64,000 nucleotides of DNA, taken from Tubiluchus corallicola (Eukaryota; Animalia; Priapulida). Both the position numbers and the translations under genes were made by a program. The stretch spans positions 1 to 64,000 of the forward strand of contig JAQGDQ010000789.1 of the NCBI GenBank assembly GCA_030141605.1. The letters are read 5' to 3'. The notes under the pieces are model-generated. The model ran no database searches, had not been told where the DNA came from, and saw nothing but the letters and a program-made list of their open reading frames with translations. This document shows positions 1 through 12,300 of this stretch, piece by piece (the stretch's first letter is position 1; every line of letters begins with the position of its first letter).

Positions 1-135
1 ATTAGCCGTTTTCCCTCATCACAGAACCTTTCACAAATTAGTTATTATTAATTCTGTATTTAATCTATCACGTACTGTTCATAAATTTTGATGTCCTAGT
101 TCCTATTCTATTCTTTAAATTAGAGCCAAACTTAC

Positions 136-160
136 CGCCGCCATACACGCCACCACTCAT
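136..160 (-). CDS. ACTL6: Duplicated ACTL6 coding exon 1 (MSGGVYGG) pointing out of the window; a second ACTL6 copy or partial copy
   Basis: The reverse complement of 131-160 reads ATG AGT GGT GGC GTG TAT GGC GGC G|gtaag, identical to 6149-6178. Confidence 0.7.
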
Positions 161-684
161 TTTTGGAAATCTAGAGTAAGAACAAAGGATAAAACACGAG
201 TTCGTAAACGTCACAGAATGTGAACTACTTTTTTTACAAATTTTAACAACTTCTTTGTACTTAAAAAGGCAAAAGCCGACGCTAGAAGTACGGCAAACCT
301 TTAGCGATAAACATCTATTTGTTTATGGCTGTGCTTAAATGGTTTCGGCTCTTGCTTACGTTTGTGTCTCGAAACACGACAGCAGGTTTTTTATTTAATG
401 ACGAGGTTTCGACATTCTTAGCAAGATTAACGTTGATTCTGTCTCGTTAATACGCGTAAATTTAATAGGTAATGTATCCGTCATAATACTTAGTTACCGA
501 TCAGCGGTTCACTAACTCCACTTCACCTTTTCCAAGGTGAGCACTACCTATTGAGTGTGCAAGAGCAGATTATTTTCTTCTGACATCGTTATATGTTCAT
601 TTCTGGTTCTGCATACGAGAGTCACCCTTCCCTTCATTACATTTCGTTATAACAGCTTCATGTTTTATGATTCCATAATCACTT

Positions 685-2381
685 TGTGCACCCTCCTGAT
701 GTAATAGCCGTGTCAGAAACACAGCTTAATCATCAAACTCCATTTTTATGCAATATTCAAGATTACAACTTTATATCAAAAATTTCCAAACGAAAGCAGG
801 ATGTGTTGCAATGTATATTAGAAAAAATTTGGACTTTACGGTTACTCAAGAATTTTCTATAAATTGTAAAAAAGTTAATAGGAATGTCTTGCCAAATATA
901 ACCAGTACAATTCAATGCAAAGATTTTTGGGTAAACATCAAAACAACGAATAAACAAGCACCAATCTTAGTAGGTACAATATGTAAACATCCATATCACT
1001 CTGTTACGCATTTTCATAAAGAAATGGAACTCATTCTTACAAAAATAAACTCTACTGGACATTCTGCTTTTATCTGCGGAGACATAAATATAAATTTTTT
1101 GCAACATTATGAAAAACATTGTATTTCTGACTACTTAAATATGATTATCTCTTCTAGATTTACCCCAATTATTACACATCCAACAAGAATAACGCACCAT
1201 TCGTAAACACTCATCGATCACATATACACTAATTGCTTGCAACGCACATTAATATCAGGAGTGTTAATAGCAGATGTGGCAGATCAGTTTCCTATTTTTA
1301 TGATCTCTAAGTCTTCTGCCAACTTCCAAAAAAACAATTCTAAAAAACTCAAAAGGGACACCAACAATTTTAACAAGCAAACTTTTTTAGCCGAACTGCA
1401 TGAGTTACTTATAACTAGAATCGCTCCTCCAATAACAGATATCGATGATGTTTTTAGCATATTTTACGACATATTCACTACTACACTTAATAAACATGCA
1501 CCCATTCATATCTTCTCACATAGAAAATTAAAACTTTGCCAGAAACCATGGATCACACCAGGTATACTTAAATCAATATGCACAAGAAGCAAGATGTATT
1601 CCACACATAAAATATCGAGTAGTCTGTACAAACGAAACAAGTATAAAACATACTCAAACCATTTAAATCAAATTAAAAATCAATCGAAGAAAGACTATTA
1701 TACAAAATTATTAGCAACCAACAGCTCAAACATTAGACAGACATGGAAAATTATTAACAACATTGTCAAAATGAGAAATAAAGCCTATATTATGCCTACA
1801 GGAGCTACAAATAATAGACAGACTGAAACTAACCTTGTTAACACAGCTAATGCTTTTAATAATTTCTCTCAATCTGTTGGGAACAATATGTGCGAAAATT
1901 TTCCACCTGCTGCTCAACCTTTCTACTCATATCTCAAAGGCGAAAATAGACAAACTATTTTTCTTAATCCAATAGAGAATTGTGAAACCAAAAAACATAT
2001 TATGAAATTAAAAAATAACAAATCCCCTGGGCATGAAAATGTGCAAACCATGTTTTATAAACATGCAGTTGATATATCACCTGTATTAAGACTATGTTTA
2101 ACTGTGCTATTTCAGATATACTAAAGAGTGCAAAAATTGTTCCCATATTTAAGTCTGATGATACTAATGATCCCTCTAATTATTGACCAATTTCTATACT
2201 CTCTTCAATAACAAAAATCTTTGAAAATATAATTTTTGATAGACTAAATAATTTTTTTATTAATACAAAGGTTATATCAATTTGGATTTAGGAAAATTTA
2301 TTCCACAGAGTTAGCTACTGCCGAATTTATTGAAAACATGCTGAACAACATTGATAACAAACTCTATACGTTATATTCCTT
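685..2381 (+). mobile_element. Duplicated 5' part of a CR1/L2-type LINE ORF2 (APE endonuclease plus start of RT), truncated at the inversion breakpoint
   Basis: APE motifs (PDVIAVSET, ICGDINI, HPTRIT, TLIDHIYTN) and PWITPGILKSI. There is a premature TAA at 1204-1206 where the other copy has CAA. Confidence 0.9.
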
Positions 2382-2389
2382 AAAAAAGC

Positions 2390-5300
2390 AAAATTTAATC
2401 ATAAATATAGCAAATATATTCAAGCAGGCAAGCAAGCATGTTTCCAATCGGACAATTTCGGGCGACCAACCACAATGGACCAAGGTTTAAAGCTAGCCAA
2501 AAGCAAATCCAATAAAGCACAAAGAGCGTGTTTTTTTTATTTTTGGAAATAGCATAGTAAACCCATGTAATGTATTACCAGCACTCAAATGGCTTTGGTT
2601 CACACACATGCACGCACACACACACACACACACACACATACATACATAAGTACTTACGTACATACTTATACACACACATATGCATATATGTGTGTAAAGG
2701 ATAACCTTACAAAAAGATTTATCATAAAAAAGTTTTTTTGTAGTGGAGGTAATAAGTTTCAGTAATCTAGAGTAGAGAAGAGAACATAAAGGTGCAAAAT
2801 AGCAATTGAGTTAAGTTTGGGAGTCAGACCTATTAATAGTTGCTAATCAGGTGATTACAAAATTGTTTGACTGCAGTTTTACATGAAGTAGTGGATATAA
2901 AAAGTTGATCTAAATTATTCCAGAATTTAGTGCCAAGGTGATGCAATGTATTTAAGCTATTTATGGTGTTAAATCTGGGCTGAAAGTAATTGCCCCTACG
3001 AAATGCTCTGGTGTTGTACGAATGTATGTTTCTAGTTTGAGTAAAATAATTTGCAAATAGTTCGGGGAGAGCATTATTAGTAAATTTATGCATAAATTTA
3101 AGTAACTAGAGATTATATATATGTCTTGTACTTTTAATAGGTTTAACTGAGCATAGGAAGGCGTTGCATGATCACGCCGGTTTGAGAAATAAATAAATTT
3201 AACAGTTTTATTTTGGGCTATAATTAATGGTTGCAGGCTATTATTTTTTGCGCTCCCCCAACATAGAATACAGTAAAGCAAACAGGGATGTATAAGAGAA
3301 TAGTATACAAGGTTTTTGTATCATCAAGGTTTTTGCATCTATGTAGTACATAAGTTTACTTAATATACTGGAGTTTTTATTGACTTTATATGCAATGGTT
3401 TTTACATGTGTATTCCATTTCATGTCAACGTCTAAATGTAGTCCAAGTTATTTGATGCAGGTTGTTTGATAAAGGACATTATTGTTTATTTTGATTGTAA
3501 TAGGTAGAACAGGTTTCTTAGTAATCAACATGTACTTAGTCTTGTTATAATTTACTGTTAGTTTACTAGCTATCATCCAATTGTTAATTTTGATTAGTTC
3601 TTCATTAGTTCTAGTTTCAAGAGTGAGAAGATTGGTGTCAGATATGAATAGGTTAGTATCATCTGCAAACATACGCATATTGACGCTAGATGTCATAGGA
3701 AGGTTATTTATATAAATAAGAAATATTAATGGGTCCAATGTTAACCCCTGGGGAACTCCACAGGTGACGTGTGCTGGATCTGCAGAGGTATTATTAATGA
3801 CGGTGAATTGTTGATGATTAGATAAGTAAGATGTTAGTAGGTCAAGTGCAGTGCCTCTGACGCCATAATGTTGTAATTTGTAAAGAAGTATATTGTGCTG
3901 CACAGTATCAAATGCTTTAGATAAGTCAAGGAATATAACGTATAGAGTTTGTTATCAAGGTTGTTTAGCATGTTTTCACTAAATTCGGCAGTAGCTAACT
4001 CTGTGGAGTAAATTTTCCTAAATCCAAATTGATATAACCTTTGTATTAATAAAAAAATTATTTAGTCTATCAAAAATTATATTTTCAAAGATTTTTGTTA
4101 TTGAAGAGAGTATAGAAATTGGTCAATAATTAGAGGGATCATTAGTATCATCAGACTTAAATATGGGAACAATTTTTGCACTCTTTAGTATATCTGAAAT
4201 AGCACAGTTAAACATAGTCTTAATACAGGTGATATATCAACTGCATGTTTATAAAACATGGTTTGCACATTTTCATGCCCAGGGGATTTGTTATTTTTTA
4301 ATTTCATAATATGTTTTTTGGTTTCACAATTCTCTATTGGATTAAGAAAAATAGTTTGTCTATTTTCGCCTTTGAGATATGAGTAGAAAGGTTGAGCAGC
4401 AGGTGGAAAATTTTCGCACATATTGTTCCCAACAGATTGAGAGAAATTATTAAAAGCATTAGCTGTGTTAACAAGGTTAGTTTCAGTCTGTCTATTATTT
4501 GTAGCTCCTGTAGGCATAATATAGGCTTTATTTCTCATTTTGACAATGTTGTTAATAATTTTCCATGTCTGTCTAATGTTTGAGCTGTTGGTTGCTAATA
4601 ATTTTGTATAATAGTCTTTCTTCGATTGATTTTTAATTTGATTTAAATGGTTTGAGTATGTTTTATACTTGTTCCGTTTGTACAGACTACTCGATATTTT
4701 ATGTGTGGAATACATCTTGCTTCTTGTGCATATTGATTTAAGTATACCTGGTGTGATCCATGGTTTCTGGCAAAGTTTTAATTTTCTATGTGAGAAGATA
4801 TGAATGGGTGCATGTTTATTAAGTGTAGTAGTGAATATGTCGTAAAATATGCTAAAAACATCATCGATATCTGTTATTGGAGGAGCGATTCTAGTTATAA
4901 GTAACTCATGCAGTTCGGCTAAAAAAGTTTGCTTGTTAAAATTGTTGGTGTCCCTTTTGAGTTTTTTAGAATTGTTTTTTTGGAAGTTGGCAGAAGACTT
5001 AGAGATCATAAAAATAGGAAACTGATCTGCCACATCTGCTATTAACACTCCTGATATTAATGTGCGTTGCAAGCAATTAGTGTATATGTGATCGATGAGT
5101 GTTTGCGAATGGTGCGTTATTCTTGTTGGATGTGTAATAATTGGGGTAAATCTAGAAGAGATAATCATATTTAAGTAGTCAGAAATACAATGTTTTTCAT
5201 AATGTTGGAAAAAATGTATATTTATGTCTCCGCAGATAAAAGCAGAATGTCCAGTAGAGTTTATTTTTGTAAGAATGAGTTCCATTTCTTTATGAAAATG

Positions 5301-5625
5301 CGTAACAGAGTGATATGGATGTTTACATATTGTACCTACTAAGATTGGTGCTTGTTTATTCGTTGTTTTGATGTTTACCCAAAAATCTTTGCATTGAATT
5401 GTACTGGTTATATTTGGCAAGACATTCCTATTAACTTTTTTACAATTTATAGAAAATTCTTGAGTAACCATAAAGTCCAAATTTTTTCTAATATACATTG
5501 CAACACATCCTGCTTTCGTTTGGAAATTTTTGATATAAAGTTGTAATCTTGAATATTGCATAAAAATGGAGTTTGATGATTAAGCTGTGTTTCTGACACG
5601 GCTATTACATCAGGAGGGTGCACAA
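2390..5625 (-). mobile_element. Degenerate non-LTR retrotransposon (CR1/L2-like LINE) with APE, reverse transcriptase and a 3' UTR containing a (TG)n microsatellite
   Basis: ORFs 4185-5561 (endonuclease), 3448-3903 (GVPQG, FADDT RT motifs) and 2833-3423 (C-terminal HSYNTR region), broken by frameshifts and stops. Boundaries are approximate. Confidence 0.9.
2601..2695. repeat. (CA)n/(CATA)n microsatellite in the LINE 3' region
   Basis: Direct reading: cacacacatgcacgcacacaca...catacatacata. Confidence 0.95.
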
Positions 5626-6308
5626 AGTGATTATGGAATCATAAAACATGGAGCTGTTATAACGAAATGTAATGAAGGGAAGGGTGACTCTCGTATGCAG
5701 AACCAGAAATGAACATATAACGATGTCAGAAGAAAATAATCTGCTCTTGCACACTCAATAGGTAGTGCTCACCTTGGAAAAGGTGAAGTGGAGTCAGTGA
5801 ACCGCTGATCGGTAACTAAGTATTACCACGGATACATTACCTATTAAATTTACGAGTATTAACGAGACAGAATCAACGTTAATCTTGCTAAGAATGTCGA
5901 AACCTCGTCATTAAATAAAAAAGCTGCTGTCGTGTTTCGAGACACAAACGTAAGCAAGAGCCGAAACCATTTAAGCACAGCCATAAACAAATAGATGTTT
6001 ATCGCTAAAGGTTTGCCGTACTTCTAGCGTCGGCTTTTGCCTTTTTAAGTACAAAGAAGTTGTTAAAATTTGTAAAAAAAGTAGTTCACATTCTGTGACG
6101 TTTACGAACTCGTGTTTTATCCTTTGTTCTTACTCTAGATTTCCAAAAATGAGTGGTGGCGTGTATGGCGGCGGTAAGTTTGGCTCTAATTTAAAGAATA
6201 GAATAGGAACTAGGACATCAAAATTTATGAACAGTACGTGATAGATTAAATACAGAATTAATAATAACTAATTTGTGAAAGGTTCTGTGATGAGGGAAAA
6301 CGGCTAAT
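3928..6308. repeat. Right arm of the inverted duplication, containing the LINE 5' part, ACTL6 upstream region, coding exon 1 and start of intron 1
   Basis: Reverse complement of 1-2381. About 15 substitutions were seen by eye, e.g. left-arm positions 386, 839, 1204 and 2301. Confidence 0.97.
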
Positions 6309-9300
6309 GCTTTATAGTATTTTTACTATTACGTATTAAGCTTAAACTAAAACAACAAGTAATAATACTATATTAGATTAATAATAAATAATATGATAAC
6401 CATGATTATTATATATATTTGTATTAACCCTTATCGCTTGGCCAAGTGAACAAATTACCCTATTAGAGATGATGCTTAAATGGATGCCATTGGTAATTTG
6501 TTTCACGGGTTGATGGTGTGGCCGGCAAAAAGTGGGATCGAATATTGGTTCATGAAAAAAGAACAATGATGCTGATCCTTGGCACCTCTTTCTCAATTAA
6601 AGAGACAGTTTTTGCCCTCATACTGGCATTAAAGGCTCTATGATATTTCATTTTATGCACTTCCTTTGTAAAAAAAGGTCCAACATGGAATGCAGTGCAA
6701 GCAATGCTTAATAATAATTAAACCTACTTCAACTGCTTAGCAGACTGTTAAATGCAGGCATAGTATTTGTACTATTTACTTTAATCTGCACTTTGTTTAG
6801 ATGAAGTGGGTGCTGTTGTGTTCGACATTGGTTCACACACAATTCGAGCAGGATATGCTGGGGAAGATACACCAAAGGTAAATTTTTCTTGAAAAATTCA
6901 CTGTCACAAGTATCAGTTTTCTTATGTTTGTGATTTGAATATTTATATTTGAAAAGCTAGTTTGAATTGTGCTTTAATGATCTTAATTTTGACGTAGAAA
7001 GATTTTTTAATTGAAACTTATTTAAGTATGTGTACTTTTTCTTGAATTTCATTGATTGTCATGGTATGTTAAAAAATACAAATGTCTTGATTGTCACTGT
7101 TGTAAGTAAGTGTTTAAACTTGATGATGTATTCAATTTGAGTTGTATCTGAGCTATTATCATTTCCACTTGTATATCCATAATTGCTAAACAAGCTTGGA
7201 GGAAATCTATTATACTGTTGTGTTCTTTAACTCCTTGAAGTACATTTTATATATGCCAATATAAATATTGTTCTATAAATGTCTTAGTATTCTTCATTAT
7301 CTACAGGCAGATATACCGACTGTTGTTGGAATTGTTGAAGAACAGGCAGATGTTTCTATGGAAACAGACTCTATGGAGAAGATGGAACCACCAGCCCCAC
7401 AGAAGAAGTATTTTATAGACACAAATAATTTACGAGTGCCAAGGAAAGGAATGGAGCTGAGCTCGTTTCTCAAAGACGGAATGAGTGAGTCGTACATAAT
7501 ATGCTAGAGAGTTTTCTGTTATTTTGTGATGTTCTACTTTGTCAGAGATGAAAAATGTTATTAACTGATAATGTTTATATACATGTATCTGGTAAATTGA
7601 TAATTTTGAAAGTATTGATTCAATCTATGGAATTATTTTTTAGCTTTACTCTTTATAATTACAAAATTTTATATGTCATATGTGTGTTAGCAAACCAAAA
7701 CTGTCCATAAGTCATTATACTTAGAACTATGCATGATGCTTCGTTGTAGAATGGTCAAACGGTTTTTTTTTCTAAGAACAACCGCTAAATAGATTGGACT
7801 TTATATTCTAGCATCAAATTAGCAAGAAAATGTTCAAAGAATACTAAAAATTGAATTTCATAACCCTGTACCTACTTCTCTGGCTAGAAACTAGTACTTC
7901 AGTTGTAAAGTCTGATAGTAACTCGTGGAAGCAGTTATTTTGCTTGGGGTCTTTTTCTGCTGCCTAGCACAGGTCTTCATCAGGAAGAGCTATCTACTAG
8001 ATTTAAGCACAACATCAATGTGATCTTGCAAAGTCCGTAGCAACCAACATTTGTAGGGTTGCTATGTGTTGTAGGAATGTGACAAAAACGATGGCAAACT
8101 TTAACATCTGTTTTCTCAAAGTTTTCCAGCGTACAGCATTAACTTCAGCTACAATGTAGATTATCTTAGGTTACAAATAGCATAGAGCGATTAGCATAGT
8201 ATCAAAATGATCCTCATGAAATGGCAATTCAGGACGTGTGAATAATTGCCGACTTATGTACGATTTTCCTATGCAAGCACATATAGTTACGGCATAAGTT
8301 TTTGATTATATGCAATTATGATTACATTTTGACATGGTATATGAATTTTCCATTAATGTAAGTATTTAACAGCTATGTTGAACATTTTTGTTACCCTTGT
8401 TTTGAGATGCTTACGTTGCAACTACTGAAAAATTTGCACATAGTACTTGTGCTACTGTTGGCCTGAGGCATTGAGATACTTAAGCATAATATAATTAGTC
8501 GCTGTTCTGAACTATGCCTACTTTAAGTACTCTAAGGCACTGAGATACTGAGGCCTAATATAATGAGCAATTGTTCTGAACAATGCTATATATATATATA
8601 TATATTGCAAAAGTCCAAATATTGCTGAGATAAAAAAGTATCATATGTAGACATCATAAGTATCATTGTTTGACAATTTCTTGAATGTTTAAAAATCGAA
8701 TACACCTGACAGCATGAATCTATGTTTGAAATATGGCCAAGCCTAAACTATAATAATAATTATTGTATTATCATTATTGTTATTATTAGATTTGATTGTT
8801 ATTTTCAACTATGCCATAATATTGCTTTCTAAAAAATGCTAAATACTGTGATTTCAGTAAAGGCAATTATTGAGATAGGACAACAGCTAATATCCCAAAC
8901 ATTGCTGCAAAAATTTGCTATTTTCAAAAAATTGTTTCGAAGCCTTTTGTAAAGCTGAAAGTTAAAGTAAACCTAAGTATCTGATAATCAGCATACAGAT
9001 TTACTATTCATTTGTCATAATTTAACCATTCTCTTTTTTTTTTGTTTAGTTGAAGACTGGGACACATTTGAGGAAGTCATGAACTTCCTTTACAAGAAGC
9101 ACATTAAATCCGAATCAAATTTACATCCCGTCATGATGTCGGAGGCTTCATGGAACACAAAAGCAAAACGAGAACGACTGACGGAGCTGTTATTTGAACA
9201 GTACAGCGTACCAGCTTTTTTTCTGTGCAAAAACGCCGTACTTACAGCGTATCTACGAATTCTGATATTCACAACTTTTTTGTTTTAACTTTAATAGCTT

Positions 9301-12300
9301 AAGTAAGAAGGTGCTGTGCAGTATCTGATAACTCGAGTTGCTGACAACTAATCTGTGAATACTGGGACAATGTGATCAAATCACTGCCCTTGTAGTTCTT
9401 TCTGTGCTCTCTAAAAATGCCAGGTAAAATCAATCTAAACCCTCACTTATAATATAAGCTTTTACAACCTAAAATCCTACTCTCCTTACATTTATATTCA
9501 ATAATATTCAATTTATTTTATTGTAAACTTACTTTCTTTTGATTTTTATCACTTTGTTGTTAGCGATATTAAATTTGTAGAACTGCCATTTTTCATTGCA
9601 CGAGACAAATGACATAATGAGGGATTAGACCTTTAAGATACTACACTACAATTGGAAGGTTTACATATGAATGCAAGTCATGAACAATAGAGCTGTTATG
9701 TACAATTTGCAACTGCTAGAAAGTTTTTTTCATTTTTTTCTTGAAGTAGGTGAGGTTGTAATTAACAGTAAAGGCAAGTTTCTGTTAGAGAATTTCACAG
9801 ATAATAGACCAGAGGAAAACTGGATTTATAAGCAGCTGTTCTGTATCTGGGAATATCCACCATAAAGCATAAGAATGCAGCTCAAAAACGAGTATGCGGA
9901 TCAAGCTGTCGGCATTTGAGAACAAATGGAGTAATGAAAAATTATAGTATTTTTTATAATAAAATGTTTTTTAAAAAAGTATGTTGGCATGCAAGATTGT
10001 CTACAAATGACACCTACATATAGCTGTTTAAGTGATTTATTGCTGCATTACTTCAACACAACTTAAGTGTATGCCCCAATATTTGTTAAATGGTTGTATG
10101 ATTGAATCTTTTTTGTCATTCTGAAACAACTACGTCCTTAATTCGTGAAAATAGCTTTGCAAATGGTCGTTCCACTGGGCTCGTTCTTGACAGCGGTTCC
10201 ACTCACACTTCTGCCGTACCGGTGCATGATGGATATGTACTTACTCAAGGTACTATTTCTTAATTTTTTCAATTCGAACATAATAAATACTAAACTTCAG
10301 TTAAGCTAGTTATGTTACGTGAGATAAGTTAACTTCTTGTACTACCTTAGATTAGATTTAGATTTATTAATTTATTTTACTAGGATACATCATCAATATA
10401 AATTTAAAATGCTAGTTTGTAACTAATTAATTATATACTAGCATGAAACTTATCTAATACGGGAGCAAAATATCAAATTTGATTAAAATTGTAAAAGAAT
10501 TTTGCTAGAAATGGCTTCATCAATTTTTGTAAATGCAGACCCAATTATGTAGATTAACTTATATTTTTGACAATTATAGGAATGCTTCTGTTACTACAAG
10601 CTGAAAAACGAAAAAAGTTATTTTAAATTTCTCTTAATGGCAAAAATATAAATATAAATACATACAAAACGCCTTCAAATATGCGTGCTGGCAAGTTGCC
10701 AACTGCTGCTCTATCTAACAGCACGGCATGCTTCAGCACGACATGTTCGAAGAATTTTTTGATACATAAGCTAACAATCTCTGTCTATGCACATGCACCA
10801 TTTAAATCTGTGGATGTCCATATTTCTATCTAATGTCTGGTTTTACGTTGCAGCAATCGTGAAGTCTCCACTAGCTGGCGATTTCCTGACTGCCCAGTGT
10901 AAGCAGTACTTGGAAACACAGCAGATAGAGTTGATTCCAACTTATCAAGTTGCCAGCAAGGTTTGTTTAATGCTCTTCTGTATTTTTCTGTTTTTGGAAT
11001 TTTTTTTCGGCTAGCTTTAAATATTGATCACCATTGTTTCTCAGAAAACCAATGACTAAAAAGCTCTTTTCCTAAACAAATTGCTGCCTTACGTAGGACG
11101 TATTAAAATATTGCACACATTCGTATCTTTGTTATGCAGCTTATACATTGTTATTTATTGCTAGATTTTATTATTAAACTGATAGTCTTTCTGTTTTTGG
11201 AAATATGCTCTGCTAACTTTGAACGTTGATTATCAATGTTTCCTACTATTGTTTTTCAGAAAATAAATTATTGAAAGAGCTGTTTTTCCAAACAAATTGC
11301 TGCTTTATGCAGGATGTGTTAAAAAGATTGCACACATTTGTGTCATTGTTATGCTGCTTATACATTGTTATTTATTGCTAGATTTTATTGTTAAACTGAT
11401 AGTCTTTGCCAGTTTACACATGTTTACTACTTAAAGGAAAAACCAAGTCTTTCGGGAAGTTGAGCTTATTGTAATATTTGAGAAATGTTAGAAATTTTCA
11501 GCAATAAAATTGTGATACGCACCTTATGTAATTAATAAAATCAATTTAAACGTCACTTCACGTTTGGGTGCACTCATTTTGGACGAAAAATGGCATTATC
11601 TGGTTTCCATGCGATATTAACACTTATTCTGCCAAGTGCTTCAGCAATCTTCTCTTGACTTATAGAACAAACTCTATAAACTAAGTAACCCACCCGGAAC
11701 CTACTATAAGCTCGCATGTGTATCAGAAAGTCAACAAAAGTCTGTAAATTATTCACATTTATGCAATTAATGTGTACTACTTACGCATTTTAATGTATAA
11801 ACCTGTGGATTAAAGCTATGTAGCCACTTTTGGACATAATTGATCCAATGACTAATTTTTATATAAGCATAGTTAAATACAATGCTAGAATAATGGAACT
11901 TCTGAGTGAAATCACAAATTTTGCAATGCGTACCTTCACCACAGCTTGCCTTCACAGCATTCATGCTGCTCAGCAGGCACCAGCTTACGTCATTTCTTCA
12001 AGTACAATTTCTTTTACATTTTTGAGCAAAGCATTCTATTGCACATATATTGTGTGGTGATTTCAACATTTTTAATTATATATTAAAATACAATAAATGT
12101 TGTTCAAGGGTTGGTTCTTCCTTTAATGTAACGAATTAGCCTTGGATATCTGTCGTAAATCCCAACAGAATGGAATTACCAATTTAGTTATTTATAAGAT
12201 ACAATTTGGGTTACATTGCTATGCTGTTTTCATATTTGTGTGCTACTCTTGATTCAACCATTAATGATATTGATTAATTAATTCTCTAATTTTTTGTAGG

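Larger units (their letters stand above)
1..2381. repeat. Left arm of a large inverted duplication (reverse complement of 3928-6308), running off the window's left edge
   Basis: 1-8 attagccg is the reverse complement of 6301-6308 cggctaat. 2369-2381 cgttatattcctt is the reverse complement of 3928-3940. Paired coordinates sum to 6309 at both ends, so there is no net indel. The ORF track shows the same proteins on opposite strands (748-2124 + versus 4185-5561 -). Confidence 0.97.

Noticed and set aside
325-545. Short ORF MAVLKWFRLLLTFVSRN... and a ccaag|gtgagc donor, divergent from ACTL6 (mirror copy at about 5765-5985)
   Set aside because: It could be a head-to-head first exon, but there is no recognisable homology, the ORF is only about 41 codons, and it is not linked in frame to the donor.
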